From the NCBI GenBank assembly GCA_045120555.1, contig JBGVEZ010000153.1, positions 1 to 40,803 on the forward strand: DNA of 40,803 bases, read 5' to 3'. The notes under the pieces are model-generated. The model did no database searches. It was not told where the DNA came from and saw nothing but the letters and a program-made list of their open reading frames with translations. This DNA is from Eubacteriales bacterium (GTDB taxonomy: Bacteria > Bacillota > Clostridia > Oscillospirales > CAG-272). This document shows, in pieces, positions 1 through 9,410 of the stretch. Position numbers and translations under genes: made by a program. Each line of letters opens with the position of its first letter. The first letter of the stretch is position 1.

Positions 1-1479
1 CGTTTCGGGGTTGTGCTTATACGCGTCACCGATACACTCATCAAGAAGCGCTTCGAGCTTGGGGTTCGAGAAGCAGAGCCAGCGGCGGTGTGCGATACCG
101 TTCGTTACGTTGTCGAAGCGGTTGTGGTACATTCTGTAGAAATCCTTGAATACGGTATCCACGAGAATTTCAGAGTGGAGCTTTGATACGCCGTTGATGG
201 TGTGAGATGCGATAACAGAAAGGTTTGCCATTTTGACCATGCCGTGGCTGATCACCGCAAGATTACCGATCCTGTCCCAGTTACCGGGGAACGCATTCCA
301 TGCCTCGCGGCAGAATCTCTCGTTGATCTCCTTAACGATCGCGTAGATTCTCGGAAGCTTGAGTCTGAAGAGATCCTCTCTCCACGTCTCGAGAGCCTCG
401 GGCATTACAGTGTGGTTGGTGTAGGAAACGGTTCTTGTAACGATGTCCCATGCAGTATCCCAATCGAGTCTGTATTCATCCATGAGAATTCTCATAAGCT
501 CGGGGATGCAGAGCGCGGGGTGCGTATCGTTGATGTGAATGGATACCTTGTCGGGAAGGTTGTGGATAGTTCCGTAGACCGCCATGTGGTCGCGAATAAT
601 GCTCTGTGTTGACGCGGACGCAAGGAAATACTGCTGAGAAAGACGAAGAAGCTTACCCTCTGTGTGGTTATCCGAAGGATAAAGAACCTTCGAAATGATC
701 TCCGCGTTGTTGCTTTCCTCAAGTGCCTTTGTATACTGACCCTGAGAGAAAAGACCCATATTGAAATTCTGGATGTCGCGGGCTCTCCAAAGACGGAGCT
801 GGTTTACTGCCTCGCAGCCATGACCGGAGATCATCATATCGTAAGGAACAGCCTCGATCTCCTCATAGTTCTGATAGATTATCTCGCAGTGACCGTCTTT
901 CCATTCCTCCTTGACCTCGCCGCCGAATTTTACCTTGAAAACTCTGTCAGTTCTCGGAATGAGCCAGACCTCACCGCCGGGAAGCCATACGTCGGGGATC
1001 TCAACCTGCACGCCGTCGATTATTCTCTGCTTGAAAAGTCCGTATTCGTAGCAGATTGAAAAACCTGTTGCGGGGTAATTGAGTGACGTGAGCGAATCCA
1101 TAAAGCACGCGGCAAGTCTTCCGAGACCGCCGTTGCCAAGACCCGCGTCGGGCTCGCACTCGTAAAGAGTTTCAAGGTCGGTTCCGTAATCCTTCAGGAC
1201 CTCATCGTAAACGCCGTTAAGGCCGAGGTTGTGAAGATTCGTCTTAAGAGAGCGTCCGAGAAGGAATTCCATGGACATGTAGTAAACTCTCTTCATGCCA
1301 TCTCTGTTTACGTTCGTTTTGAATTCGGAACGCTTTTCTGTGAGTATATCCTTAACCGAAAGAGCGCACGCCTTGTACAGCTGCTCCTTGGTTGCTTCAT
1401 TGGGGGTCGCGCCAAAGTGTCTTGCAAGCTTTTGCTTAATGATTTCTCCAACTTCCTTTACGCCGGGATTGTAGTTCAT
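1..1479 (-). CDS. glgP: Glycogen/maltodextrin phosphorylase (GT35), N-terminal 493 codons; the 3' end runs off the left edge of the window
   Basis: Absent from the supplied ORF track because there is no stop codon in the window. My reverse-strand translation from the ATG at 1479-1477 is open all the way to position 1. It reads MNYNPGVKEVGEIIKQKL...EPDAGLGNGGLGRLAACFMDSLTSL...HINDTHPALCIPELMRIL...NGVSKLHSEIL, which are hallmark alpha-glucan phosphorylase motifs. It is the last gene of a glgBCDAP-type cluster. Confidence 0.9.
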   Translation of the reverse strand, partial: MNYNPGVKEVGEIIKQKLARHFGATPNEATKEQLYKACALSVKDILTEKRSEFKTNVNRDGMKRVYYMSMEFLLGRSLKTNLHNLGLNGVYDEVLKDYGTDLETLYECEPDAGLGNGGLGRLAACFMDSLTSLNYPATGFSICYEYGLFKQRIIDGVQVEIPDVWLPGGEVWLIPRTDRVFKVKFGGEVKEEWKDGHCEIIYQNYEEIEAVPYDMMISGHGCEAVNQLRLWRARDIQNFNMGLFSQGQYTKALEESNNAEIISKVLYPSDNHTEGKLLRLSQQYFLASASTQSIIRDHMAVYGTIHNLPDKVSIHINDTHPALCIPELMRILMDEYRLDWDTAWDIVTRTVSYTNHTVMPEALETWREDLFRLKLPRIYAIVKEINERFCREAWNAFPGNWDRIGNLAVISHGMVKMANLSVIASHTINGVSKLHSEILVDTVFKDFYRMYHNRFDNVTNGIAHRRWLCFSNPKLEALLDECIGDAYKHNPET

Positions 1480-1627
1480 TGGTTATCAGTACCTTTCGTG
1501 AAATTATTTTGTTCTCTTCTTTTTTATTGGTTACAATATATTATATAATAAAACCGCGGTGGGTGTTCCTCGGGATATTGTCTTTGCCTTTTTATCGATC
1601 TATATTAAAATACCGTCATTTCCGAAC

Positions 1628-1677
1628 CTCGGGGACCGGTATACAGATCCCCGAGATCCTTGTGTGACAACTCACAC
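1628..1677 (-). terminator. Two stem-loops in the 203-nt glgA-glgP spacer; possible partial terminator or processing site
   Basis: On the - strand just after the glgA stop: GTGTGA-gttg-TCACAC (1662-1677), then CTCGGGGA-12 nt-TCCCCGAG (1628-1655). No U-tract directly follows, so this is not a classical intrinsic terminator. Confidence 0.3.
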
Positions 1678-1682
1678 CTTAA

Positions 1683-3116
1683 TTACTTATAAAGCTCAAC
1701 GTATTCCTTTGCGGATTTCTCCCATGAAAAATCCTCGTTCATTACCTTGCGGTAAAGTCTCTTCCAGCGGGTCCTGTCCTCATAAAGTGCAAGAGCCTCT
1801 CTGATTTTTCCGTAAAGAGCCTCGGACGAGTAATCTGCAAAGGTAAATCCGTTTCCGAGAACCCTGCTGTCCTGCTCACTGTAATTCTTTATCGAGTCGT
1901 AAAGTCCGCCCGTCTCACGTGTTACCGGAACCGCGCCGTATCTCGACGCTATCATCTGAGAAAGCCCGCACGGCTCGCTCTTAGAGGGCATAAGGAAGAC
2001 GTCTGCCGCAGAGTAGATCCTCTTGGAAAGAGGACGGTCAAACGTAATAAGCGCTTTCACTCTGCCGGGGAACGCATATTCAAGTCCCGAGAAGAATCGC
2101 TCAAGCGCAGGCTCTCCCGTTCCGAGAAGGACGAAATTGCAGTTTGTTTCGTTCATCATGCGGTATGCGTTCTCCGCAACGAGATCAAGTCCCTTGTGGG
2201 TTGCAAGGCGGGAAATTACTGCAACGAGAGGAGTGTTCTTGTCGCCGTTAAGTCCGAGCTCCTTAAAGAGCGCTACCTTGTTCTTCTGCTTTGCCGCATA
2301 ATGTGCCGAATCGAAATTGGACGCTATAGCCTCGTCTGTCGTCGGGTTGTAGTAATCGTAATCGATACCGTTAAGTATGCCCGAAAGCTTATACGAGTTT
2401 GCGCAAAGTATGCCCGAAAGTCCGTGGGAATATTCCTCCGTAAGAATTTCGGATGCGTAACGCGGGCTTACCGTCGAAACCTTATCGGCAACAGCAATAG
2501 CTCCCTTCATAAGGTTTATGCAGCCGTCGTTTTCAACGATGGATCTGTACTTTTCGGGAAGCGCGAAAACGTCACCGAGAATGTTAAAATCATATTTACC
2601 CTGATATTCGATATTATGAATGGTGAAGATCGCCTTCACGTTTTCAAATCCGGGTACGTTTGCGTATATAGTCTTAAGATAAACGGTGGTAAGAGCCGCC
2701 TGCCAATCGTGAGAATGGAGAATGTCCGGAATAAAGCCGGTGACCTCCATAAGCTTCATAACTGCCATTGAGAAATACGCGTATCTTTCTCCGTCATCGT
2801 AGTGACCGTAAAGAGCGTGGCGCTTGAAATAGTATTCGTTATCAATAAAATACCACGTAACTCCGTTTTCCTTCAGCTCGTAGATACCGCAGTAAAGTCT
2901 TCTCCACGCAAGCGGGACCTCAAGAGTTGCAACGAGAGTCATTCTCTCTCTGTACTTTTCACCGACAGCGGAATAAAGCGGCATTACCGCTCTTATGTCG
3001 GCGTTTTTGCCGTATTCAACGACAAGGGATTTGGGCAGGGAGCCGAGAACGTCACCAAGTCCGCCGGTAGAGGCGAATGGCATTATCTCCGCACCTGCAA
3101 ATAATATTTTTTTCAT
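1683..3116 (-). CDS. glgA: Glycogen synthase (ADP-glucose type, GT5)
   Basis: 477-aa ORF. The N-terminus MKKILFAGAEIMPFASTGGLGDVLGSLPK is the canonical GlgA K-x-G-G-L box region. It lies between glgD and glgP. Confidence 0.95.
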   Translation of the reverse strand: MKKILFAGAEIMPFASTGGLGDVLGSLPKSLVVEYGKNADIRAVMPLYSAVGEKYRERMTLVATLEVPLAWRRLYCGIYELKENGVTWYFIDNEYYFKRHALYGHYDDGERYAYFSMAVMKLMEVTGFIPDILHSHDWQAALTTVYLKTIYANVPGFENVKAIFTIHNIEYQGKYDFNILGDVFALPEKYRSIVENDGCINLMKGAIAVADKVSTVSPRYASEILTEEYSHGLSGILCANSYKLSGILNGIDYDYYNPTTDEAIASNFDSAHYAAKQKNKVALFKELGLNGDKNTPLVAVISRLATHKGLDLVAENAYRMMNETNCNFVLLGTGEPALERFFSGLEYAFPGRVKALITFDRPLSKRIYSAADVFLMPSKSEPCGLSQMIASRYGAVPVTRETGGLYDSIKNYSEQDSRVLGNGFTFADYSSEALYGKIREALALYEDRTRWKRLYRKVMNEDFSWEKSAKEYVELYK

Positions 3117-3136
3117 AGCTTATTTCCTTTTATTGT

Positions 3137-4282
3137 TTAAATCATTGTTCCCTTCGGTACAAAGAACGGAAGCGATTCATCACCCTTAAGGCTTCTGTTA
3201 TCGCGAATAACAGCCGCTTTATCCGTAACAACGCAGTCAAGTGTCGCGTTATTACCGATGTAAGTATCCTGAAGGATTACCGAATTGCGTACAACCGTTC
3301 CGCGTCCTACCTTTACACCTCTGAAGATAACCGAGTTTTCAACCACACCCTCAATAACACATCCGTCGGCGATAAGTGAATTCTTTATATTCGAGCCGGG
3401 GTGATATGACGTAGGAGCGGTGTTTCTTATCTTTGTGTAAATGCTTCTGCCGTCGATATCAAAGAGAGCTTTTCTGCTTTCGGGGCAAAGGAGATTAAGG
3501 TTTTCTCTATAATATCCCGCAAGAGATGCTATCTTTGCATAATATCCGTCGTATTCGTACGCGCGGATGTTTGCCTTTTCGATATTTGCGCTGATGATGT
3601 TACGGTAGAAGTTTCTGTAGCCTCTTACGCGCGCGTCAAGGAGAAGATCGAGAAGGTATCTGCGCTTGAATACGAAGATGTTGGTGGATATCTTAAGCTC
3701 GTCAGCGTCAAGATCCGTATCCGTGACTTCGGTAAGGTCGGTAAGTCTGCCATCGGCATTCGTTCTTAAACAATAGCTCTGCTTTGCTATATTACAGCTC
3801 TTCGGAGCGAGATTCTTCGTAACTATAGTAATATCCGCGCCGGACTTTTCGTGTGCCTTGATCACCTTCTTGAAGTCGATATTAAGAACCACGTCGCTGT
3901 CCATAAGAACGATATATTCCTCGGTACAGTTTGTAATGAAGTTCATAACACCGAGAAGCGCTTCAAGTCTCGTTTCGTACACCTTTGCGGCAACCGAGTT
4001 ATCGAATGCAGTAATAAATGGCGGAAGTATCTTGATACCTCCAGTTCTTCTTGCAAGGTCCCAGTCCTTTCCGTTTCCGATATGTTCAACGAGAGACTGA
4101 TAGTTGTAGTGAGTAATAATTCCCACACGGGTCATGCCCGAGTTTACAACGTTTGAAAGAGCAAAGTCTATAAGGCGGTATCTTCCCGCAAAGGGAACGG
4201 ACGCCATCGTACGCACCGCGGTAAATTCGGGAATGGTGCTGTCGTGAATATTAGAAAAAATCAAGCTTGCTGCGTTCATCAT
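3137..4282 (-). CDS. glgD: Glucose-1-phosphate adenylyltransferase, regulatory GlgD subunit
   Basis: The ORF-track frame was trimmed to the ATG at 4282 (MMNAASLIFSNIHDST...). This start sits 10 nt downstream of an AAGGAGG that itself follows the glgC stop. The protein shows nucleotidyl-transferase fold motifs (VPFAGRYRLIDFALSN) and C-terminal left-handed beta-helix repeats, and it lacks the GlgC GGxGxRL box. Confidence 0.85.
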   Translation of the reverse strand: MMNAASLIFSNIHDSTIPEFTAVRTMASVPFAGRYRLIDFALSNVVNSGMTRVGIITHYNYQSLVEHIGNGKDWDLARRTGGIKILPPFITAFDNSVAAKVYETRLEALLGVMNFITNCTEEYIVLMDSDVVLNIDFKKVIKAHEKSGADITIVTKNLAPKSCNIAKQSYCLRTNADGRLTDLTEVTDTDLDADELKISTNIFVFKRRYLLDLLLDARVRGYRNFYRNIISANIEKANIRAYEYDGYYAKIASLAGYYRENLNLLCPESRKALFDIDGRSIYTKIRNTAPTSYHPGSNIKNSLIADGCVIEGVVENSVIFRGVKVGRGTVVRNSVILQDTYIGNNATLDCVVTDKAAVIRDNRSLKGDESLPFFVPKGTMI

Positions 4283-4301
4283 AATTGCATCTGCCTCCTT
4301 T

Positions 4302-5492
4302 TTATGCCTCGGGGCTGTACACCATTGCTCCGGGAGCAACGACGTCGCCGCATTCAATTACGTTTCCGGGACCTATAAGAGCTATATCGGCGCCGTCCGC
4401 ATGAGGACATCCGACCTTCGCTCCGCTCTTTACCGTTACGTTTGCACCGACAATACTGTTTCCTACGTATGCGCCGTCCTCTATAACGGTATCACTCATA
4501 ACAACGCTGTCCTCAACGACCGCTCCGACGCCAATCTTGACGTTTGCACCGATAACGCTGTTCTTAACCGTACCGAATATCTCACAGCCCTCTGTTATCG
4601 CGCAGTTGTCAACAGTTGCGTCCGCACCAACGTACTGAGGAGCATGAGCATCGTGACGCGCGTATATTCTCCAGTCCTCACTGCCGCAGTCAAGGTTCGG
4701 CTTGTCACCGAGGAGGTCCATATTCGCTTCCCAGAGCGAGGAGATGGTTCCGACGTCCTTCCAATAGCCCTCGAAGGGATATGCAAACATTCTTTCCTTC
4801 GCCTCAAGCATTGCGGGAATGATATTCTTACCGAAGTCATTTGCCGAGCCCTCGGTCTTTTCATCCTCCTCAAGATAGCTTGCAAGCTTCTTTCTGTTAA
4901 AAATGTAAATACCCATGGACGCAAGAGTGCTGTCGGGGTTCTTCGGCTTTTCCGAGAACTTATAAATGCTTCCGTCCTCATTTGCGCTCATTATACCGAA
5001 TCTGCTGGCCTCCTCTATCGGAACGTCAATTACAGCGATCGTGCAGTCGGCGTTGTTTTCCTTATGGAAGTCGAGCATCTTTGCGTAGTCCATCTTGTAG
5101 ATATGGTCACCCGAGAGAACGAGAACGTAATCGGGATCGTACAGATCTATAAAGTGAAGATTCTGATAAATAGCATTAGCCGTTCCGCGATACCAATCGC
5201 TCTTTCCCTGTCCCTGATAGGGAGGAAGGATCTTTACACCGCCTATTGTGCGGTCAAGGTCCCAGGGGAGACCGTTTCCGATGTAATCGTTAAGTTCGAG
5301 GGGCTGATACTGCGTAAGAACACCGACGGTATCAATGCCGGAGTTGATGCAGTTTGAGAGGGTGAAGTCGATGATACGGTACTTTCCGCCGAACTGAACG
5401 GCGGGCTTTGCCACAGAGCTTGTCAAGGCATAGAGTCGTGAACCCTGACCGCCTGCGAGCAGCATTGCAACGCATTCTTTTTTCTTGTACAT
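4302..5492 (-). CDS. glgC: Glucose-1-phosphate adenylyltransferase (ADP-glucose pyrophosphorylase)
   Basis: [24 protein letters not shown]... carries the GGxGxRL box. The start was moved to the ATG at 5492, giving GGAGG-ttttt-ATG; the upstream ATG overlaps the SD itself. Confidence 0.93.
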   Translation of the reverse strand: MYKKKECVAMLLAGGQGSRLYALTSSVAKPAVQFGGKYRIIDFTLSNCINSGIDTVGVLTQYQPLELNDYIGNGLPWDLDRTIGGVKILPPYQGQGKSDWYRGTANAIYQNLHFIDLYDPDYVLVLSGDHIYKMDYAKMLDFHKENNADCTIAVIDVPIEEASRFGIMSANEDGSIYKFSEKPKNPDSTLASMGIYIFNRKKLASYLEEDEKTEGSANDFGKNIIPAMLEAKERMFAYPFEGYWKDVGTISSLWEANMDLLGDKPNLDCGSEDWRIYARHDAHAPQYVGADATVDNCAITEGCEIFGTVKNSVIGANVKIGVGAVVEDSVVMSDTVIEDGAYVGNSIVGANVTVKSGAKVGCPHADGADIALIGPGNVIECGDVVAPGAMVYSPEA

Positions 5493-5591
5493 AAAAACCT
5501 CCATTTTCCTTTGCGCTGTAGTTGCGCTGTATTTTCTTTCTTTTGGTTACTGTATTATTATAAACGGGACTCTCCCGCAGGTTACCTTACT

Positions 5592-7592
5592 TTACTGCTC
5601 CTTTGACGCACGGCGGGGCTTTGCACCTCTCGTCGCACGCGCGGATGCGTCATCACGCTCAAAAACACGCCTTTCGACAGTCTTTACGTTTCTCGGGCGC
5701 TTTCCGTTAAAGATAAGCGCGCCGTATGCGGGCATTTTTATTTTCGTACCGAAGCCCGAGCGTGACGTATGACTTCCGGTACCTATAAGAACAGAATCGT
5801 CCGTGTCGCAATATCCGCCGTACTGCTTATCGGCAGAATTGAACACGCATTTAAAGCGTCCGTCAAACGGCAAGGGAAGCTCAAAATCGCGGTATTCAAC
5901 CGGTGTGAAGTTGATTGCAACAACAAGCACCTCGCCCTTCTTGTTTCTTCTGCAGAAGGAGATTATGCTCTTGTCCGCATTGTCAGGGTCAAGCCACCAA
6001 AAGCCCTCCCACGAATTTTCGATCTCCCACAGCTGGCTGTGCTCAAGATAGAATTTATTGAGCGCGGCAACAAAGCTCTGGAATCGCTCGTGCATGGGAT
6101 AGTCAAGCAAAAACCATTCGATCGAATTTTCGTAGTCCCATTCTCTGAACTGTCCTATCTCCGAGCCCATGAAGTTGAGCTTTTTACCGGGATGCGTCAT
6201 CTGCCATACAAGAAGCGCACGCGCCGTTGCAAATTTATCCTCATACGAAACGGGAGCCTTGTCAAGCAGCGATTTCTTTCCGTGAACGACCTCATCGTGT
6301 GAAAACGGCAGAACGTATTTCTCGGAAAAGGCATATGTCAGCGAGAAGGTAAGCTTATCGTGCGAATACTTTCTGTATATAGGGTCCTGCTCAACGTAGG
6401 CGAGCGAATCGTTCATCCAGCCCATATTCCACTTCATCGTAAAGCCGAGTCCGTCGTTTTCAAAGCCGGTGATGTTCGAATATGCGCTCGATTCCTCCGC
6501 TATCATCATAACGTCCGGGAATTTATCGTGCATATATCCGTTCAGCTTCTTGAAGAACGCGATCGCCTCAAGGTTACGGTTGTCTCCGTAAACGTTCGGA
6601 ACCCATTCTCCCGGCATGCGGTCGTAGTCAAGGTAGAGCATGGATGCAACCGCATCAACTCTCAGTCCGTCAACGTGGAATTTCTCCGCCCAATATGCGG
6701 CGTTCGACACGAGGAAGCACTGAACCTCGTTTCTTCCAACGTCAAAGCATCTCGTTCCCCAGCCTCTGTGCTCAATGCGATCGCTTCCCTGATACTCGTA
6801 AAGCGGGCTTCCGTCAAATTCGTAAAGCCCGTGTGCATCCTTCGGGAAATGAGCGGGAACCCAGTCCATAATAACGCCTATGCCCGCACAGTGCAGCATA
6901 TCCACAAACTCGCAGAAATCGGTGGGTGTTCCGAATCGGGAGGTGGGTGCGTAGTAGCCGCAAACCTGATAGCCCCAGGAGCCGTCATAGGGATGCTCGG
7001 CGACCGGCATTATCTCAACGTGTGTGTAGCCCATCTGCTTTACGTAGGTGCAAAGCTCGGTGGCAAGCTGCTTGTAGGTCAGATATTCGCCCTCAGCATT
7101 CCGCATAAACGAGCCGAGATGGACCTCGTATATATTTATAGGTGATGCCTCAAAGCCGTAGCTTGCACGTCTTTGCCTGTTTCGCATCCAGAGCGAATCC
7201 TTCCATTTATATTCCGCCGACGTAAAAACGGATGCCGTAAGAGGAGGCTTTTCACACATGAAGGCATACGGATCTGCCTTATATATCGTCCTTCCGTTAC
7301 GCTCGATTATATACTTGTATTTCTGATTTTCGCCAAAGCTGTCCCCGGGAAGTCTGCACTCAAAAATTCCGCCCTCGGTTATGCGTGTCATTTGCGTGGA
7401 TTTTGACCAATTGTTAAAATCCCCCGTAACGTATACCGCGTCCGCATTCGGCGCCCAGACACGGAATACGTATCCTCCGTTGACCTTATGCGCCCCCATA
7501 TAGTCGTACGCCTTGTAGTTCGTACCCTGATGGAAGAAATACGCAGGCAGATCGTCTCTTATCTGAACGCTTTTATCGGTGGCTCGTTCCAT
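5592..7592 (-). CDS. glgB: 1,4-alpha-glucan branching enzyme (GH13)
   Basis: GH13 catalytic motifs are visible: GVIMDWVPAHF, GLRVDAVASMLY, MIAEESSA, LPFSHDEVVHGK. The start was set at the ATG at 7592, preceded by GGAGGGG; the 21 extra N-terminal codons in the ORF track have no RBS. The protein carries a basic C-terminal tail of about 35 aa (..RNVKTVERRVFERDDASARATRGAKPRRASKEQ). Confidence 0.93.
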   Translation of the reverse strand: MERATDKSVQIRDDLPAYFFHQGTNYKAYDYMGAHKVNGGYVFRVWAPNADAVYVTGDFNNWSKSTQMTRITEGGIFECRLPGDSFGENQKYKYIIERNGRTIYKADPYAFMCEKPPLTASVFTSAEYKWKDSLWMRNRQRRASYGFEASPINIYEVHLGSFMRNAEGEYLTYKQLATELCTYVKQMGYTHVEIMPVAEHPYDGSWGYQVCGYYAPTSRFGTPTDFCEFVDMLHCAGIGVIMDWVPAHFPKDAHGLYEFDGSPLYEYQGSDRIEHRGWGTRCFDVGRNEVQCFLVSNAAYWAEKFHVDGLRVDAVASMLYLDYDRMPGEWVPNVYGDNRNLEAIAFFKKLNGYMHDKFPDVMMIAEESSAYSNITGFENDGLGFTMKWNMGWMNDSLAYVEQDPIYRKYSHDKLTFSLTYAFSEKYVLPFSHDEVVHGKKSLLDKAPVSYEDKFATARALLVWQMTHPGKKLNFMGSEIGQFREWDYENSIEWFLLDYPMHERFQSFVAALNKFYLEHSQLWEIENSWEGFWWLDPDNADKSIISFCRRNKKGEVLVVAINFTPVEYRDFELPLPFDGRFKCVFNSADKQYGGYCDTDDSVLIGTGSHTSRSGFGTKIKMPAYGALIFNGKRPRNVKTVERRVFERDDASARATRGAKPRRASKEQ

Positions 7593-7675
7593 AAAACCCC
7601 TCCATTCGACAATTTTGGATGCTTTTAATCTTTTATTTACAATTTTTCGATACATAGTCCATTTTTACTAATAAT

Positions 7676-7704
7676 ATTATACTACTAAATCCTATGTTTA
7701 ACAA
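7676..7704 (-). promoter_or_regulatory. Candidate sigma-A promoter of the glg operon
   Basis: - strand: TTGTTA (7704-7699), a 17-nt spacer, then TATAAT (7681-7676). This lies about 85 nt upstream of the glgB ATG. Confidence 0.5.
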
Positions 7705-7727
7705 TAGATTTTTTGATAATTTATAAT

Positions 7728-7771
7728 TTGGAAACATTTTTTAACAACATATCACCAATTGGGAAACATTT
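7728..7771. promoter_or_regulatory. Direct repeat TTGG(G)AAACATTT x2 upstream of the glg promoter (candidate operator)
   Basis: ttggaaacatttt at 7728-7740 and ttgggaaacattt at 7759-7771, with a 32-nt register. The repeats lie between the hlyIII terminator and the glg -35 element. Confidence 0.3.
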
Positions 7772-7805
7772 AAAAAGCCGACCCGGTAATATATTCCGGA
7801 TCGGC
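7772..7805 (-). terminator. Rho-independent terminator of the hemolysin-III gene
   Basis: - strand RNA: GCCGAUCCGG-aauauauua-CCGGGUCGGC (10 bp, one G.U pair) followed directly by UUUUU. It starts 19 nt after the stop codon. Confidence 0.75.
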
Positions 7806-7824
7806 AACATCTATTTATAAAAGT

Positions 7825-8502
7825 CTACAGAACGTAAATAAGCACAGCGGCGATGTGAAGTGCGCTTCCGATGCAGGTGAAGATGTGGAACACCGAATGC
7901 ATATAGCGGCGTTTTTTTGTAAATCCGTAGAATATTGCTCCGATACTGTACATAATACCTCCTATAAGCACAAGCACGCTTCCCTCGGTGCCAACACTTT
8001 TTTGCATAGTATCTCCGGTAAAAACAATACACCAGCCCATGGTAAGATAGCAGATCATCGAAAATTTACTGTATTTTTTTATGTCGATCGAATTAAGTAT
8101 GATCCCGACAGCCGCCGCCACCCAAACCGTACCGAATACCGTCCATCCGATAACGGGATTATACTCTCGGATGTTACATATCGTTATCGGAGTATACGTT
8201 CCGGCTATAAGAACGAAGATGGTACAATGATCAAGTATCTGAAATACCTTTTTTGCAGTCGGCACGTTAACACTAAGACCGTGATATATGCTTGACATCG
8301 TATACAGGATTATCAAAGAAAATCCGAACACAAGAGCACCCGCAACAGCATATCCATCTCCAGACAACGCCGCCTTCACAGTTCCGAGAACGAGGGCAAT
8401 AACTCCCATGCCTCCTCCGACGATGTGCGTTACCATATTCATTATTTCTTCGCCTCTCGAATATCTCGGAAGCTGTCTTTCGGAAAGCCTTGTTCTTGTC
8501 AT
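7825..8502 (-). CDS. Hemolysin III / PAQR-family integral membrane protein
   Basis: Seven hydrophobic segments. Family-typical motifs are present: EEIMNMVTHIVGG, SSIYHG, DHCTIFVLIAGTYTP, HSVFHIF. The start was set at the ATG at 8502 (GAGGTG-ttatat-ATG). Confidence 0.85.
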   Translation of the reverse strand: MTRTRLSERQLPRYSRGEEIMNMVTHIVGGGMGVIALVLGTVKAALSGDGYAVAGALVFGFSLIILYTMSSIYHGLSVNVPTAKKVFQILDHCTIFVLIAGTYTPITICNIREYNPVIGWTVFGTVWVAAAVGIILNSIDIKKYSKFSMICYLTMGWCIVFTGDTMQKSVGTEGSVLVLIGGIMYSIGAIFYGFTKKRRYMHSVFHIFTCIGSALHIAAVLIYVL

Positions 8503-8657
8503 ATATAACACCTCTTTTTTCGATTTCTTAACTGATTTTAAGTGTTTTTAACACCACCAAATATAGTATACCAAACTATTATTAGAAACATTCGTATTAT
8601 TTTTATACTTTTTGTAAACAGTATTTCCGCAAGCCGAACTCACCGTGACGTTCTCTA

Positions 8658-8686
8658 TTGACAAATCAGCATTTGAGTGGTATAAT
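8658..8686 (+). promoter_or_regulatory. Consensus extended -10 sigma-A promoter (VanZ-like gene)
   Basis: TTGACA (8658-8663), an exact 17-nt spacer ending in TGG, then TATAAT (8681-8686). Confidence 0.75.
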
Positions 8687-8713
8687 ATTATATCCGAATA
8701 TACGGAGGCTTCT

Positions 8714-9352
8714 ATGATAAATGAAATCAACAAACGCAAATTCCAAATAATTACGGGTTGTGCGCTACTCGCCTTTTCCGCAATACTCATAATCACTTAC
8801 CTGTCACGCATAGCAGGCTATAAAAGCACCGATTTTCTTCTGCTTGTCGCATCATCCGCATCGGCTGTGGTCGCAGCACGGCTCTTAAAAAATAAAAGAC
8901 TTGATCTGATACTCTGCCGCGTGTTTTTCTGGCTGTCCATCGAATTTTTTCTGCGCGCGGCTATATACGGACGAAGCGATTTTTTTGAGTACACGGTTTT
9001 TGAGGCTGACGCAAGGAGACTTAAGTACTACTTTATACATAAAGTAAATCTCGTTCCGTTTAAGTCGATATCCCTCTTTTTTGGTCTTCCCTTTTCCGCA
9101 ATATTCACAAATATTCTCGGAAACATAGGTCTCATGGTTCCGCCGTCACTTCTTTCGCCGATAGCATATCCCGGTAAAAGGAAATTTATGCAAGCCTTTT
9201 TCACGGGTGTGGGGCTTTCACTGTTCGTCGAGCTTTCACAGTTTTATTATATGTGCGGAGCGTTTGACGTTGACGATCTCATATTAAATTCGACAGGTGC
9301 GCTTATAGGTGCATTAATGCTCCGTTTGCTTGATAAATACAGGAATTCCTGA
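8714..9352 (+). CDS. VanZ-like membrane protein
   Basis: The start is at the ATG at 8714 (GGAGG-cttct-ATG). The protein is multi-pass hydrophobic and has the VanZ-type pattern NLVPF...GNIGLMVP...ELSQ...FDVDDLILNSTGALIG. Confidence 0.7.
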   Translation: MINEINKRKFQIITGCALLAFSAILIITYLSRIAGYKSTDFLLLVASSASAVVAARLLKNKRLDLILCRVFFWLSIEFFLRAAIYGRSDFFEYTVFEADARRLKYYFIHKVNLVPFKSISLFFGLPFSAIFTNILGNIGLMVPPSLLSPIAYPGKRKFMQAFFTGVGLSLFVELSQFYYMCGAFDVDDLILNSTGALIGALMLRLLDKYRNS

Positions 9353-9381
9353 ATATTTTTACATTATTTCTGCATATATAC

Positions 9382-9410
9382 TTGACATTATACAAAAAAT
9401 GTGGTATAAT
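9382..9410 (+). promoter_or_regulatory. Consensus extended -10 sigma-A promoter (argH-argF)
   Basis: TTGACA (9382-9387), an exact 17-nt spacer ending in TGG, then TATAAT (9405-9410). It lies 41 nt upstream of the argH ATG. Confidence 0.75.

Noticed and set aside
3137-4357. N-terminal extensions in the ORF track for glgD (to 4357), glgC (5504), glgB (7655), rpoA (29679), secY (34460), infA (31620), rarA (21996), the response regulator (20357), argH (9382), VanZ (8645), the hemolysin-III gene (8511) and the 287-aa protein (27184)
   Set aside because: In every case a downstream in-frame start sits at canonical distance from an AGGAGG-type SD and matches the conserved N-terminus of the family. 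The extended versions overlap upstream genes or promoters.
4401-5357. 318-aa + strand ORF, plus 6360-7145 (+), 2196-2771 (+) and 202-1548 (+), all within the glycogen operon
   Set aside because: They are antisense to glgC, glgB, glgA and glgP, whose translations carry unmistakable family motifs. There are no start signals. They are shadow ORFs.
7593-7824. Search for a CcpA cre site (TGWAANCGNTNWCA) in the glg control region
   Set aside because: No match containing the central CG core was found by eye. Only the GAAACATT repeats, reported separately, stand out.
8548-8796. 82-aa - strand ORF spanning the hemolysin-III / VanZ divergent control region
   Set aside because: It overlaps the consensus VanZ promoter and the VanZ start, has no RBS, and is AT-rich low-complexity sequence. 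It is not credible as a gene.
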